Assembly: GCA_017519405.1 (NCBI GenBank)
Contig: JAFWSH010000006.1
Coordinates: 9,284-73,283 of the forward strand
From: Clostridia bacterium
Lineage (GTDB): Bacteria; Bacillota; Clostridia; Christensenellales; Aristaeellaceae
DNA: 64,000 nt
Reading direction: 5' to 3'
The notes below the pieces were generated by a model that was not told the origin of the DNA, searched no databases, and saw only the letters and a program-made list of their open reading frames with translations. The position numbers were made by a program, and so were the translations under genes. Of this stretch, positions 8,340-18,000 are shown piece by piece (position 1 is the stretch's first letter; every line of letters starts with the position of its first letter).

Positions 8340-9743
8340 TCATCGTTCTGTGTGCTCATCGATCTGGAGATCCCGGTCTTCTGGCAGGGTGTCCCGCAGC
8401 AGGATATCGAAGTTGAACTTGACATGATTCAGTGTTGTGATCCTTGGCTTGAGTTCCTCCAGCGCAGCATAATCTCTCTTTCGCTGGGCCTGAAGCGCGT
8501 TGTATTCAGCAGTAAGCTCTCTCAATGTGGGCATCTGTCCCTCATGAGAAGAATAGACAGCCTGCGCTGCTTTGTGTGCTTCGATCTCATCCCGATGCTC
8601 ACTGTAGAATCTGGATGACCAGCCGGATTCCCGGTATTGCCGATAAACGTCCTTTGTCCGGCGATAATCCCGGATCGCCTGGCGGAGATGGTTGATCTCG
8701 TCCATCCGGCTTTTGCTCTGGCGGATGGCGGCATGCAGATTGTTTCGCTCCGCTCGGAGCGACTGCAGTTCCGCTTGAAGCTCCTCGATGGATCCGATCT
8801 GATGCTCTTTCAGGAAAATCACGGATTGGGCTACAGCGTCTATGTTGTTCCGCTCTGCCCAGATCTGGAAGCCCCGGCCTTTCCCTTCACGGAGCTTCGC
8901 CTCAATATCAATCAGCCGCCTGATCTGAATCGCGGTGTAATCGCCGCGGGGAATCCGGGGGATGTGGACATGTTGGCCATCAATTGCGGAGCGTAAAGTT
9001 GCTTCAGAGTATTCAGCACCCAGGCTTTCCAGACGGATAAAGCGCTGGCCACCTGGCGGCTTCATGCTGATATGCGCGCCTCGCTTAATTCTGCAGCCGG
9101 CTTCTTCTATCAGCTGCATCAGTGCGTCAAAGCCATCAGGCTGCATCCGCAGGGCGGCGTCCAGGATCATCCGCAGATGATCCCGGTGGGATAAACCGGC
9201 ATCTTCACCCTGCCACTCGTTGTAGGAAACTGTCCTGTTCTGCGGATGCTGCACCACCGAAAGATGATGTTCCCGGCATAGCTGATCACTGATCTCCGCC
9301 ACAAGCCTGCTGGAGTTCCAGCGGTTCTGATATTTTCGCTTACAGTCCAAAGTGGTTGCGCAGAAAACAATGTGATTATGGATATGGTGTCTGTCCGTAT
9401 GAGTCGCCACCAGGAAAGCGTGTTCACCGCCCAGAAGCCGGGAGGCCAGCTCGTATCCAATCCTGTTTGCTTCTTCCGGCGTGACCTCTCCAGGCTTGAA
9501 AGACTGTCGGAGCTGGTAGGCGATCACCTCGTCTTTGCGCCTTTTGCCGGTAAAGGAGATGTATTCATTCCTGGCCATTACAAACTCATGATCCGCGCTT
9601 TGTGCTGTGCAAGCAAATGTTGAAATCAGCGATCCGTCTTCCGTCTTGTCCGGGTTCTTCACATAATCTACCCGAGCTTTCATACACTGCGCGATGGTTT
9701 TGCCCTGATTGATGTGCATGGGCATAATACGTGTCGTTGCCAT
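8340..9743 (-). CDS. Conjugative relaxase (relaxase/mobilisation nuclease domain, MobP-like)
   Basis: GGGAGGTG immediately upstream of ATG 9743. MATTRIMPMHINQGKTIAQCMKARVDYVKNPDKT N-terminus and the HTDRHHIHNHIVF histidine-triad metal motif. Long coiled-coil C-terminus. Confidence 0.85.
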   Translation of the reverse strand: MATTRIMPMHINQGKTIAQCMKARVDYVKNPDKTEDGSLISTFACTAQSADHEFVMARNEYISFTGKRRKDEVIAYQLRQSFKPGEVTPEEANRIGYELASRLLGGEHAFLVATHTDRHHIHNHIVFCATTLDCKRKYQNRWNSSRLVAEISDQLCREHHLSVVQHPQNRTVSYNEWQGEDAGLSHRDHLRMILDAALRMQPDGFDALMQLIEEAGCRIKRGAHISMKPPGGQRFIRLESLGAEYSEATLRSAIDGQHVHIPRIPRGDYTAIQIRRLIDIEAKLREGKGRGFQIWAERNNIDAVAQSVIFLKEHQIGSIEELQAELQSLRAERNNLHAAIRQSKSRMDEINHLRQAIRDYRRTKDVYRQYRESGWSSRFYSEHRDEIEAHKAAQAVYSSHEGQMPTLRELTAEYNALQAQRKRDYAALEELKPRITTLNHVKFNFDILLRDTLPEDRDLQIDEHTER

Positions 9744-9812
9744 GGGCACCTCCCAAAATACAAAAAGCGGCGATCTGTGTTTTGCACAAACCGCCGCCAA
9801 AGGACCTGTCGT

Positions 9813-10103
9813 TCAGCAGAGAAGGCCCTCAAAGAAGCCCAGAATATGATCCATCCGATTGAGAAGGAAGTTGGCCAGCGCAGGCAAGCCGATTGGACTG
9901 ACCAGCAGTGCCAGAGCCATGAAGGCAAATCCGTTCTGCCAGTAACCGATGGCAAACTCGATTGCGCCAAGCAGAGCGAAGACGCCTGTGGCCAGACCGA
10001 TCACCGTGGAAGCGATCGAAGTGACAAAAGCAGCCAGCCCCAGCATAAGACGGGTAATCAGCATCAGGGGCGCGAGCGCGATTCGTAACGTGAGCTTCAT
10101 CAT
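9813..10103 (-). CDS. Small integral membrane protein (3 predicted TM segments), paralog of 49852-50154
   Basis: GAGGAGG 7 nt before ATGATG. Start overlaps the mobC stop. Hydrophobic sequence LMLGLAAFVTSIASTVIGLATGVFALLGAIEFAIGYWQNGFAFMALALLVSPIGL aligns with the 100-aa protein of the nested transposon. Confidence 0.65.
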   Translation of the reverse strand: MMKLTLRIALAPLMLITRLMLGLAAFVTSIASTVIGLATGVFALLGAIEFAIGYWQNGFAFMALALLVSPIGLPALANFLLNRMDHILGFFEGLLC

Positions 10104-10459
10104 GGGGCAGCCTCCTCTTGCTTTTGTTCCAGCCTGGTCAGAATCCGGTTCATGACGTTCCAGACGTCATCCAGGCGGCGAAGAATATCATCCATCTCGG
10201 TCTCATACACAGATCCGCGTTCATTCAGGCGCTTCGCCATCTGGTTGACATTGTTGGTCAGGTTCTTCATCAGACGAAGCAATTCCCGGATTTCAGGGAG
10301 ATCGAGTTTCAGAAGATAGCCGTTCAGTGCCATGGCCCGCAGGTAGGCTGACTGGTTTCTGATCCCGAAGGCTTTCATCTTCTGCTGGAGCAGAGCATCT
10401 TCGGCTTCGGTGGTCTTGAAGTTGTGCTGCACCAGCCGCTTCTCCTGTTCCGTCTTCAT
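10100..10459 (-). CDS. mobC: MobC-family relaxosome accessory protein
   Basis: FKTTEAEDALLQQKMKAFGIRNQSAYLRAMALNGYLLKLDLPEIRELLRLMKNLTNNVNQMAKRLNERG matches the MobC (ribbon-helix-helix plus helical) family. ATG 10459 overlaps the upstream TAA (TAATG) with GGAG 5 nt upstream. The TTG at 10486 in the ORF track is less likely. Confidence 0.8.
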   Translation of the reverse strand: MKTEQEKRLVQHNFKTTEAEDALLQQKMKAFGIRNQSAYLRAMALNGYLLKLDLPEIRELLRLMKNLTNNVNQMAKRLNERGSVYETEMDDILRRLDDVWNVMNRILTRLEQKQEEAAP

Positions 10460-10947
10460 TATCGCTCCATACCACTCTTTCGGCAAGGCTGTCGCCGGGC
10501 GGCATCTCCGATCTCCGGATCTTTGGCCGGCATCGGCATCAGTCCAAATGCCCGGGAGACTTTCTCAATCGCTTTGTCGCGATTCTGTTCAAAGCCGGCG
10601 GCCAGCTGCTTTGCCTCGCTCTCCGTCATCAGCTCCAGACTCTCATCCGGCGCGCGAACCACCAGCGCGTTACCGATGATCGGATCTCCATGCCTGTCGG
10701 AACCATACAATTCGCTGGCAATACAGTTGATTGACAGATCCCCGTCACGCAGCTTTCCTTCCTCGTCGATCAGCAGCAGACAGCCCTTATCGGCCAGCGG
10801 CTCAACCTCAACAAGCTCAATCCAGTCACAGCCGATGAATCCTCTCGCGATCCCGAAGATCTCTTCCTGGGGATCGCATTCCACAACCTTCACTTCCTGG
10901 TTGTCGGTCAGCAAAACAGCGAACTTCTTTTCATCCATATCATTCAC
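10459..10947 (-). CDS. DUF3846 domain protein (ICE-associated)
   Basis: KKFAVLLTDNQEVKVVECDPQEEIFGIARGFIGCDWIELVEVEPLADKGCLLLIDEEGKL is typical DUF3846. Start is GTG 10947 or ATG 10938. Confidence 0.7.
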   Translation of the reverse strand: MNDMDEKKFAVLLTDNQEVKVVECDPQEEIFGIARGFIGCDWIELVEVEPLADKGCLLLIDEEGKLRDGDLSINCIASELYGSDRHGDPIIGNALVVRAPDESLELMTESEAKQLAAGFEQNRDKAIEKVSRAFGLMPMPAKDPEIGDAARRQPCRKSGMER

Positions 10948-10951
10948 CGCC

Positions 10952-12022
10952 TTATCGCGCCATATCAGGGGCTTTACGTTTTGCAGGCTTCACCGGAGCC
11001 GCTACTACGGCGAGTTCCGGTTTCGCTTCCCTGGGCATCTCCCGTTCCCGGATCGCCTGCCGCACCAGATTGATGAACCCATCCAGAATAGCCGGATGGG
11101 TCGTGACCGCATAGCTGTCTCTCCGGTCGCCGCCCAGGTCATTCTTCGGATCAGGAAAGTCAAAGCTGAAAGCCCAGTCCTTGTTTGCTTTCGAGAAGCG
11201 TCCATCCCAGGCTTTCACCTGAACCGTGGCCGCCAGCACAAGGCTGACGCGCTCAGGACCGTACTTTTCCATAACGCCATCAATTGCATGACGGTCCAGG
11301 CGGAAGCCATCGAAATGTGCGGCAACAGCTTCCTCGATCTCACGCTTGCAGTCGATATTCGCAAAGTGAGATTTCCTGTACTGCTCGAGTTCACCAAACT
11401 TCCGGGCATGCGCCGCGGACTCGTGATAAACCGGCACGTCAACAATCGGTTCCATATATGTTTCCTCCCGTTTTCTTCTGATCTCACGCAGACAGTCGGA
11501 CACAATCATCCGTTTTTCAGCATCAGATCCTGTGAGCAGTGCATCCAGCTGATACTCGACCGTAGCCAGATTGACGATCGCCTCCTGAAACCGTGGATCG
11601 ATTTCCGCGTCCATTGATTCCGGCTCATACTGGCTTGACCACTGCATCAGCTGATTCCGGTATGCGACCAGTTCATCAAACACGAAGGATAGCCGGTGAC
11701 GAAAGAGCTCCGGCTCACTGATCGTGTAGTTTTGCCGGACAGGCGAAGGCCGGGACTGCCCGTCGTACTGAATACCGAAATCAGAGGCAAGCCGCAGCGC
11801 CGCGTCCCTTGCCGTGGTACCGAAAAGGCGGCTGGTGAACCCGATCACATCACCATCCGCCTGGCACCCAAAGCAGTGAAAGCGCTTATCCACCTTCATG
11901 CTGGGATTCTTATCATCATGAAACGGGCATCTGCACATGCCCCCGTGTCCCACCCGCAGACCGTAGCGTTCCGCGGCCTGTCGGGTAGTGACACTGTTCT
12001 TTACAGCTTCAAACAGATTCAT
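10952..12022 (-). CDS. CHC2 zinc-finger (DnaG-N-like) primase-related protein
   Basis: GGAGG 7 nt before ATG 12022. MNLFEAVKNSVTTRQAAERYGLRVGHGGMCRCPFHDDKNPSMKVDKRFHCFGCQADGDVIGF carries the CHC2 Zn-finger (C-x-C-P-F-H...C-F-G-C). Confidence 0.8.
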   Translation of the reverse strand: MNLFEAVKNSVTTRQAAERYGLRVGHGGMCRCPFHDDKNPSMKVDKRFHCFGCQADGDVIGFTSRLFGTTARDAALRLASDFGIQYDGQSRPSPVRQNYTISEPELFRHRLSFVFDELVAYRNQLMQWSSQYEPESMDAEIDPRFQEAIVNLATVEYQLDALLTGSDAEKRMIVSDCLREIRRKREETYMEPIVDVPVYHESAAHARKFGELEQYRKSHFANIDCKREIEEAVAAHFDGFRLDRHAIDGVMEKYGPERVSLVLAATVQVKAWDGRFSKANKDWAFSFDFPDPKNDLGGDRRDSYAVTTHPAILDGFINLVRQAIREREMPREAKPELAVVAAPVKPAKRKAPDMAR

Positions 12023-12054
12023 GGGATGCCTCCGTGACATCAAAAATTTTGATC

Positions 12055-15000
12055 TCAGATTTCCGGCTCATTGTGCTTCTTCTCCCTTTGCTGGGGCCTG
12101 TCCAGGCTCAGCTTTGCGTCCAGCTCCGCCAGGCGCGCACTCTTTCGCCGGAGCTCTTCCTCCTGCGGGAAGGGCTTGCCCAGCTCAGCCCGGGCCGTCG
12201 TCATCTGCTGATTCAGATCCGCCAGCCGGTTCTGTGTCGTTTCAATCCGTTTCGGAATGCCGGCCAGGACGTTGTCGATGCGGGTAATCACGCCGCGGGG
12301 ATCTCCGCCCAGCTCCACCTGATGACTCATCGCACCCTTCAGGATCAGCATGTACTGACTCGAGAAGGGGTTGAACATAGCGCTCACGGCAAACCCACGG
12401 TACTCGCCAATGGAGACCTCCACGTCGCTGCGGATCTTCTTGCAGGCTGCCAGGATTGCTTCGCCGGCATCCTTTGCCTCGGCGAAGGTTTTTCCGCCGA
12501 CAGTCATACCGACAAAGTCCTTCTCCGGCAGCGGGTGAGCCGCGAGCGTGGCAAGATCCTGCTCAAAGCCGCGGATGAACCCGTTACAGCGCTCAATCTC
12601 CTGTGGGAAATGCTTCAGCAGCCGGTCTTCCAGCCTGTACTGCTGACTCTGATGATCCGCCTTCATCAGGCGGAGCCGCGCCACATCCACATCCAGGTCC
12701 ATCTTTTCCTTGATGTCAGGATCGCCGGCGCACAGGGCCTTGATCTCTGCATAGGAGAGCGCGGCCTCGTCGATATCCTCACAGGAACGGACAGGGCTTT
12801 TGCTGGTCATGACCTGGGAGATGAACTTCTGCTTGTTCTCCACGGTCTGCCAGAGGTAGGCGTCGAAGGTGCCTTCGGTCACGTAACGGTAGATCTGAAC
12901 ATCCGGATTGCCGTTGCCCTGACGGACAATGCGTCCGGCGCGCTGTTCCAGGTCACCAGGCCGCCAGGGACAGTCCAGATCGTGCAGAGCAATCAGTCTG
13001 TCCTGCACGTTGGTGCCCGCGCCCATCTTGGCGGTGCTGCCCAGCAGAATACGCACCTGACCCGCACGTACTTTCGCAAACAGCTCTTTCTTTTTCAGCT
13101 CCGAGTTTGCGTCATGGATGAAGGCGATCTCCTCTGGAGGCACGCCACGGGCGATCAGTTTGGCACGGATGTCCTCATACACGCTGAAGTCGCTCTCCAC
13201 GGCATTGCTGGAAACATGTGAGGCATCCAGCGGCTCCGTGCTTTCTTCCAGCGGCGGCAGTTCATCCTCTGTTGATTCTGCCGGTGTGTCCAGCCTGGCC
13301 GGCGCAGCCTTATCCGCTCCCTTGGGCGTGGAAATGTCGCAGAAGATCAGCTGCGTCAGCCGATCCGCCGCGCCTTCCTGCCAGATCCGGAATACGTTTC
13401 CAACACAGGCGTTGACCTTGCTGCCCGGATCATCCGGGAGAAGCGGATTGATCAGCCGTTGATCCAGACCAAGCTTTCTGCCATCACTGGTGATTTTCAG
13501 CATGTTGTCCACACGGGGATCCACGCTGCCGCTGTGCACCTTGCTGGCACGCTCAGACAGGCTCTGCACCATGGCCTTCTGAAGCTCTGTCGGCTGCACC
13601 ACAACAGTCTCATAATGCGGGGTGGGTGTGGGCAAATGCAGCTGATCCGCCGTCTTGATGTCGGCCACTTCGCGGAACATGGTCATCAGCTCCGGCAGAT
13701 TAAAGAACCGGGCAAAGCGTGTGCGTGCCCGGTATCCGGTGCCCTCCGGAGCCAGTTCAATGGCAGTGGTGGTTTCCCCGAAGGTGGAAGCCCAGGCGTC
13801 GAAGTGCGTCAGGTTCTGGCGCTTCAGGGTGGCGTACTGCAGATAGCGCTGCATGGTGTACATTTCCGTCATGCTGTTGCTGATGGGCGTGCCGGTTGCG
13901 AAGACAACGCCACGCCCACCGGTCAGCTCATCCATGTAACGGCACTTCATGAACATATCCGAAGACTTCTGCGCTTCGGAGGTGGACAGACCAGCCACAT
14001 TCCGCATCTTGGTTGTCAGGAAGAGGTTTTTGTAGGCATGCGCTTCGTCAACAAAGAGTCGATCCACGCCGAGCTCCTCAAAGGTTACCACGTCATCCTT
14101 CCGATCCTCCGCCTGCAGCTTCCGCAGCCGTCCTTCCAGCTGCTTTTTTGTGCGCTCCATCTGTTTGATGGAGAACTGCTCGCCGCGCATGAACTTCAGT
14201 TCCTGTACTCCCTTGGTGATCTCCTCGATCTGTTCCTGCAGCAAGCGCTCCTGACGCTCTCTGGACATGGGAATCCGCTCGAACTGACTGTGACCGATAA
14301 TGATCGCGTCATAATCCCCGGTGGCGATACGGGAACAGAACCGGCGGCGGTTGTTCTTCTCAAAGTCTTTCTTTGTGGTCACCAGAATCCGGGCGGAGGG
14401 ATACAGGCGCATGAACTCGCTGGCCCACTGTTCCGTCAGGTGATTGGGCACCACAAACATACTTTTGCTGCACAGGCCAAGGCGCTTGCTCTCCATGGCC
14501 GCGGCAATCATCTCATACGTTTTGCCCGCGCCGACCACATGAGCCAGCAGCGTGTTGCCGCCGTAGAGCATATGGGCGATTGCGTTCCGCTGATGCTCCC
14601 GCAGGGTGATCTCCGGGTTCATGCCGGAAAAGGTGATGTGCTGCCCGTCGTACTCCCGGGGGCGCACGCTGTTGAACAGCTCGTTGTACTTCTCTACCAG
14701 TGCGGCGCGCCGGTCAGGATCACGCCACACCCAGTCCCGGAAGGCTTCCTTGAGTGCCTGCTGCTTCTGCTGCGCCAGGGTGGTGGCCTCCTGATTCAGC
14801 ACTCGTTTTTCCTTACCGTCCGCGTCTTCCACGGTGTCGTAAACCCGGACATCACGCAGGTTCAGCGTGTCCTCCAGAATCCGAAGGCCGGTAACCCGGT
14901 CTGTACCGAAGGTCATGTTGTTGGCCACGTTGCTATAGGACAGGCTTGTCTTTCCGTTGATCCGCCATTCGGAAGTGAAATTGGAATACTGCACCTGCAC

Positions 15001-18000
15001 CGCCCGGCGCTGGTAGAACGGAATCTCGAATACTTCTTCCATGAACTGCTGGATGTATTTCCTGTCCACCCAGGTCGCGCCAAGCCGGACATCGATCTCT
15101 GATGCATCGAGGTCCTTGGGCTGTGCTTTTTCTAGAGCAGCCACGTTCGGTGCGAAGATTGGCGAAACCGCCGCGGCCTCTCTGGCCTCCCGGAGTTTCT
15201 GACGGACATTCCCGGACAGGTACTCGTCAGCGGTCACATACTGCGGGTTTCCCTGCTCATCCACCGGAGCTGGTAAACGAAAGATCACGCCGGTCAGATC
15301 CGATGCGATCTGTTCAGGCTCCATGCCCGTCAGTTCTGCCATATAGGGCAGATCCACACGCGCTCTTTCAGAGATGGAGACTGCCAGCGCCTCTACCGGT
15401 GTGTCCACGTGTTCCACAACCCGCTGCTGTCGGATCGTCCGCCGGGTGAACATGTCCGCTTTCTGCTTCAGCTGGCCATCCTCCGTCAGGATTTCCAGCG
15501 AGGAGAGGAGGTAATAGGACGAGTCATCGGAGAACGCCTGCATGTTGGGTCTGCTGTTGATCAGCCCAAATCTGGCAGTGAAATTGTCATACAGGGAGTT
15601 CAGCTCTGCCTGAATCTCATGAACGGAATAGTCATCCGCGTCATGGAGCTGTGCTTCCATCAGGCGATGCACACAGTCCCGCATGGCCACCATACCCATG
15701 ACACGCTCCTGCGCTGTGGCGTTCAGGTCAGGACGAACCATGATCGAGTTTTCCCGGTAATAGACTTGTCCATCCACCACGGTATAGGAATAGTTCCGGA
15801 CATTGGGATCGGCGGGAATACTGCTCCGGATGGCATCGCCCTCTGACAGATCAGGCAGTTCAGCCTCCTGATAAGTACCGGTGATATGGGACACAGCCTC
15901 CCGCAGCTGCTCAGCCAGATCCTCGCCGGGGAATGCCTGGCATGCTGTTTCCTGCTGACTGCCATACATGCTGTCATCCCAGATCATGTTGCCCAGCACC
16001 ATTTCAGGGTGCTCCGCAAAGTAGGCATTGACAGGGATGCCGTTCGCCGTCTGTCCAAGATGCACCCAATCCGGTTCAATATCGATGGCCCGATCCCGCT
16101 TCTGCAGGAAAATGATATCGCTGGTGACATCCGTGCCGGCGTTAGCCCGGAAAGCATTATTCGGCAGACGGATCGCGCCCAGCAGTTCAGCCCGCTGGGC
16201 GATGTACTTCCGCACTTCCGGGGACTGCTTGTCCATCGTGCCTTTGGAGGTGATAAAGGCGACAATACCGCCGGGCCTGACTTGGTCTAACGCTTTGGCA
16301 AAGAAGTAGTCATGAATCAGGAAATTGTACCGGTCGAACTGACGGTCCGGAACCCTGTATGCGCCGAAGGGTACATTGCCGATCGCGAGGTCGAAGAAGT
16401 CCTTGCGGTCTGTCTTTTCAAACCCGGTCACGGCGATGTCGGCCTGCGGATACAGGTGCTGCGCAATTCTGCCGGTGATGCTGTCCAGCTCCACGCCATA
16501 CAGCGAGCTGCCCGCCATGCTTTCCGGCAAAAGACCGAAGAAATTGCCGACACCGCAGGAGGGCTCCAGAATGTTGCCGCTCCGGAAACCCATCTGCTCC
16601 ACCGCCGCGTAGATCGCCCGGATCACAGTCGGCGAGGTATAGTGGGCGTTCAGGGTGGATGCCCTGGCCATCTCATACTCTTCCGGGGTAAGGAGGCTTC
16701 TCAGCTCAGCGAACTCTTCTGACCAGGCCGGGTTATCCCCGTCGAAGGCCTGAGGCATACCGCCCCATCCCACATACCGGGACAGGATTTCCTGCTCTTC
16801 CTGAGTCGCCTGCCTGTTCTCAGCTTCAATGGCTTTCAGGGTGCGAATGGCTTCGATATTCCATTTGAATTTGGTCTTCCGGCTGCCTTCACCCAGATGG
16901 TCATCGGTGATATGAAAGTTTGCCCCATCGGCAGGCACAGCTTCCTGCACTTGCTGTTCTTCCCGCGGTGCTTCGGAAACGCTCTGTTCTACCAGCGGTT
17001 CAGTCCTGAAAGGCCTGTTCCGTTCGTCGCGGTCCAGCAGACGCCACAGGATGGACTTGCTTTCTGCCCGGAAGATCGGATAGATCATAGCCGGATCGCG
17101 GAAAGCGACATCATAGAAGCGAACCTCATCCACCGTAAAGGGACGACCATCCATGTAGATGGTGTCACCGTGCTTCAGATCGTAGGGAAAGTCAGGCATA
17201 ACAGGCTGCTGGGGTTCTCTGGGGACAGGAACCTCATCCAAAGAGCGATCTGTCAGGTCAATGACGACCTCCCGCATAGCAGGCAGGCCGTCATGCTCCG
17301 GGATAATCCTCTCATCCGGGTGGAGAGGCGGAGTATTCTCCGCTGCAGGCTCCGATTCCCCAGATACCGGTTCAGTCACCGGCTCCTCAGCTTCCTCATC
17401 CCGAGTGATCGCAGCCACATCCGCTTCCACCTGCTGAACGAAAGGATTCCGGGCCAGAGCTTCGGGATCAACCAACTCGCCGTTCACAATTCCGCTTTCT
17501 GCCAGGCTCGCCCGGATCGCAGCGGGGTCAATATCGTCCAGACTATCATCTGGTTCCTGGCTTTCCGCGGGCGCGCTCTCCGTAAGCTGTTCTTCTGCAT
17601 TCTCTGGGGAGCTTGCCGAAAAGGACGGATAAGCGGCACGCGCGGCTGGCACAGGAAGCCCGGTATCGGCGAACGCTACCCGCATTTCAGCGAGGCGTGC
17701 CTGTTCCGCGTCCGTCAGGTAAGAACCGCTCTCTACCAGGCGGCGGATATGCTGCTCCACAGCCGGCCAGCGCAGCTTCATTTCCTCCCTGAAGCCACGC
17801 CGGGAGAGGCGCATGCCCTGGCTGTTGTAATCCACAAAGCCGCTGGAGCCGTCCAGGTATGTATGACTGTGGCCGCCGATACCGTATTCGTCCTTCAGGA
17901 ACGCCTGCGCGTCCTTCGGCGACGGATGGCTGTCATAGAAAGCAGCGATTCGCAGCCTGCCGCCCTCAAAGCCCGAGCCCCGACGGAGGACGTGGTCGAT

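Noticed and set aside
8021-8340. tRNA or tmRNA gene as the ICE attachment site
   Set aside because: I could not fold any cloverleaf, and there is no GGTTCGAATCC-type T-arm in this segment. It contains only terminator hairpins and a palindrome.
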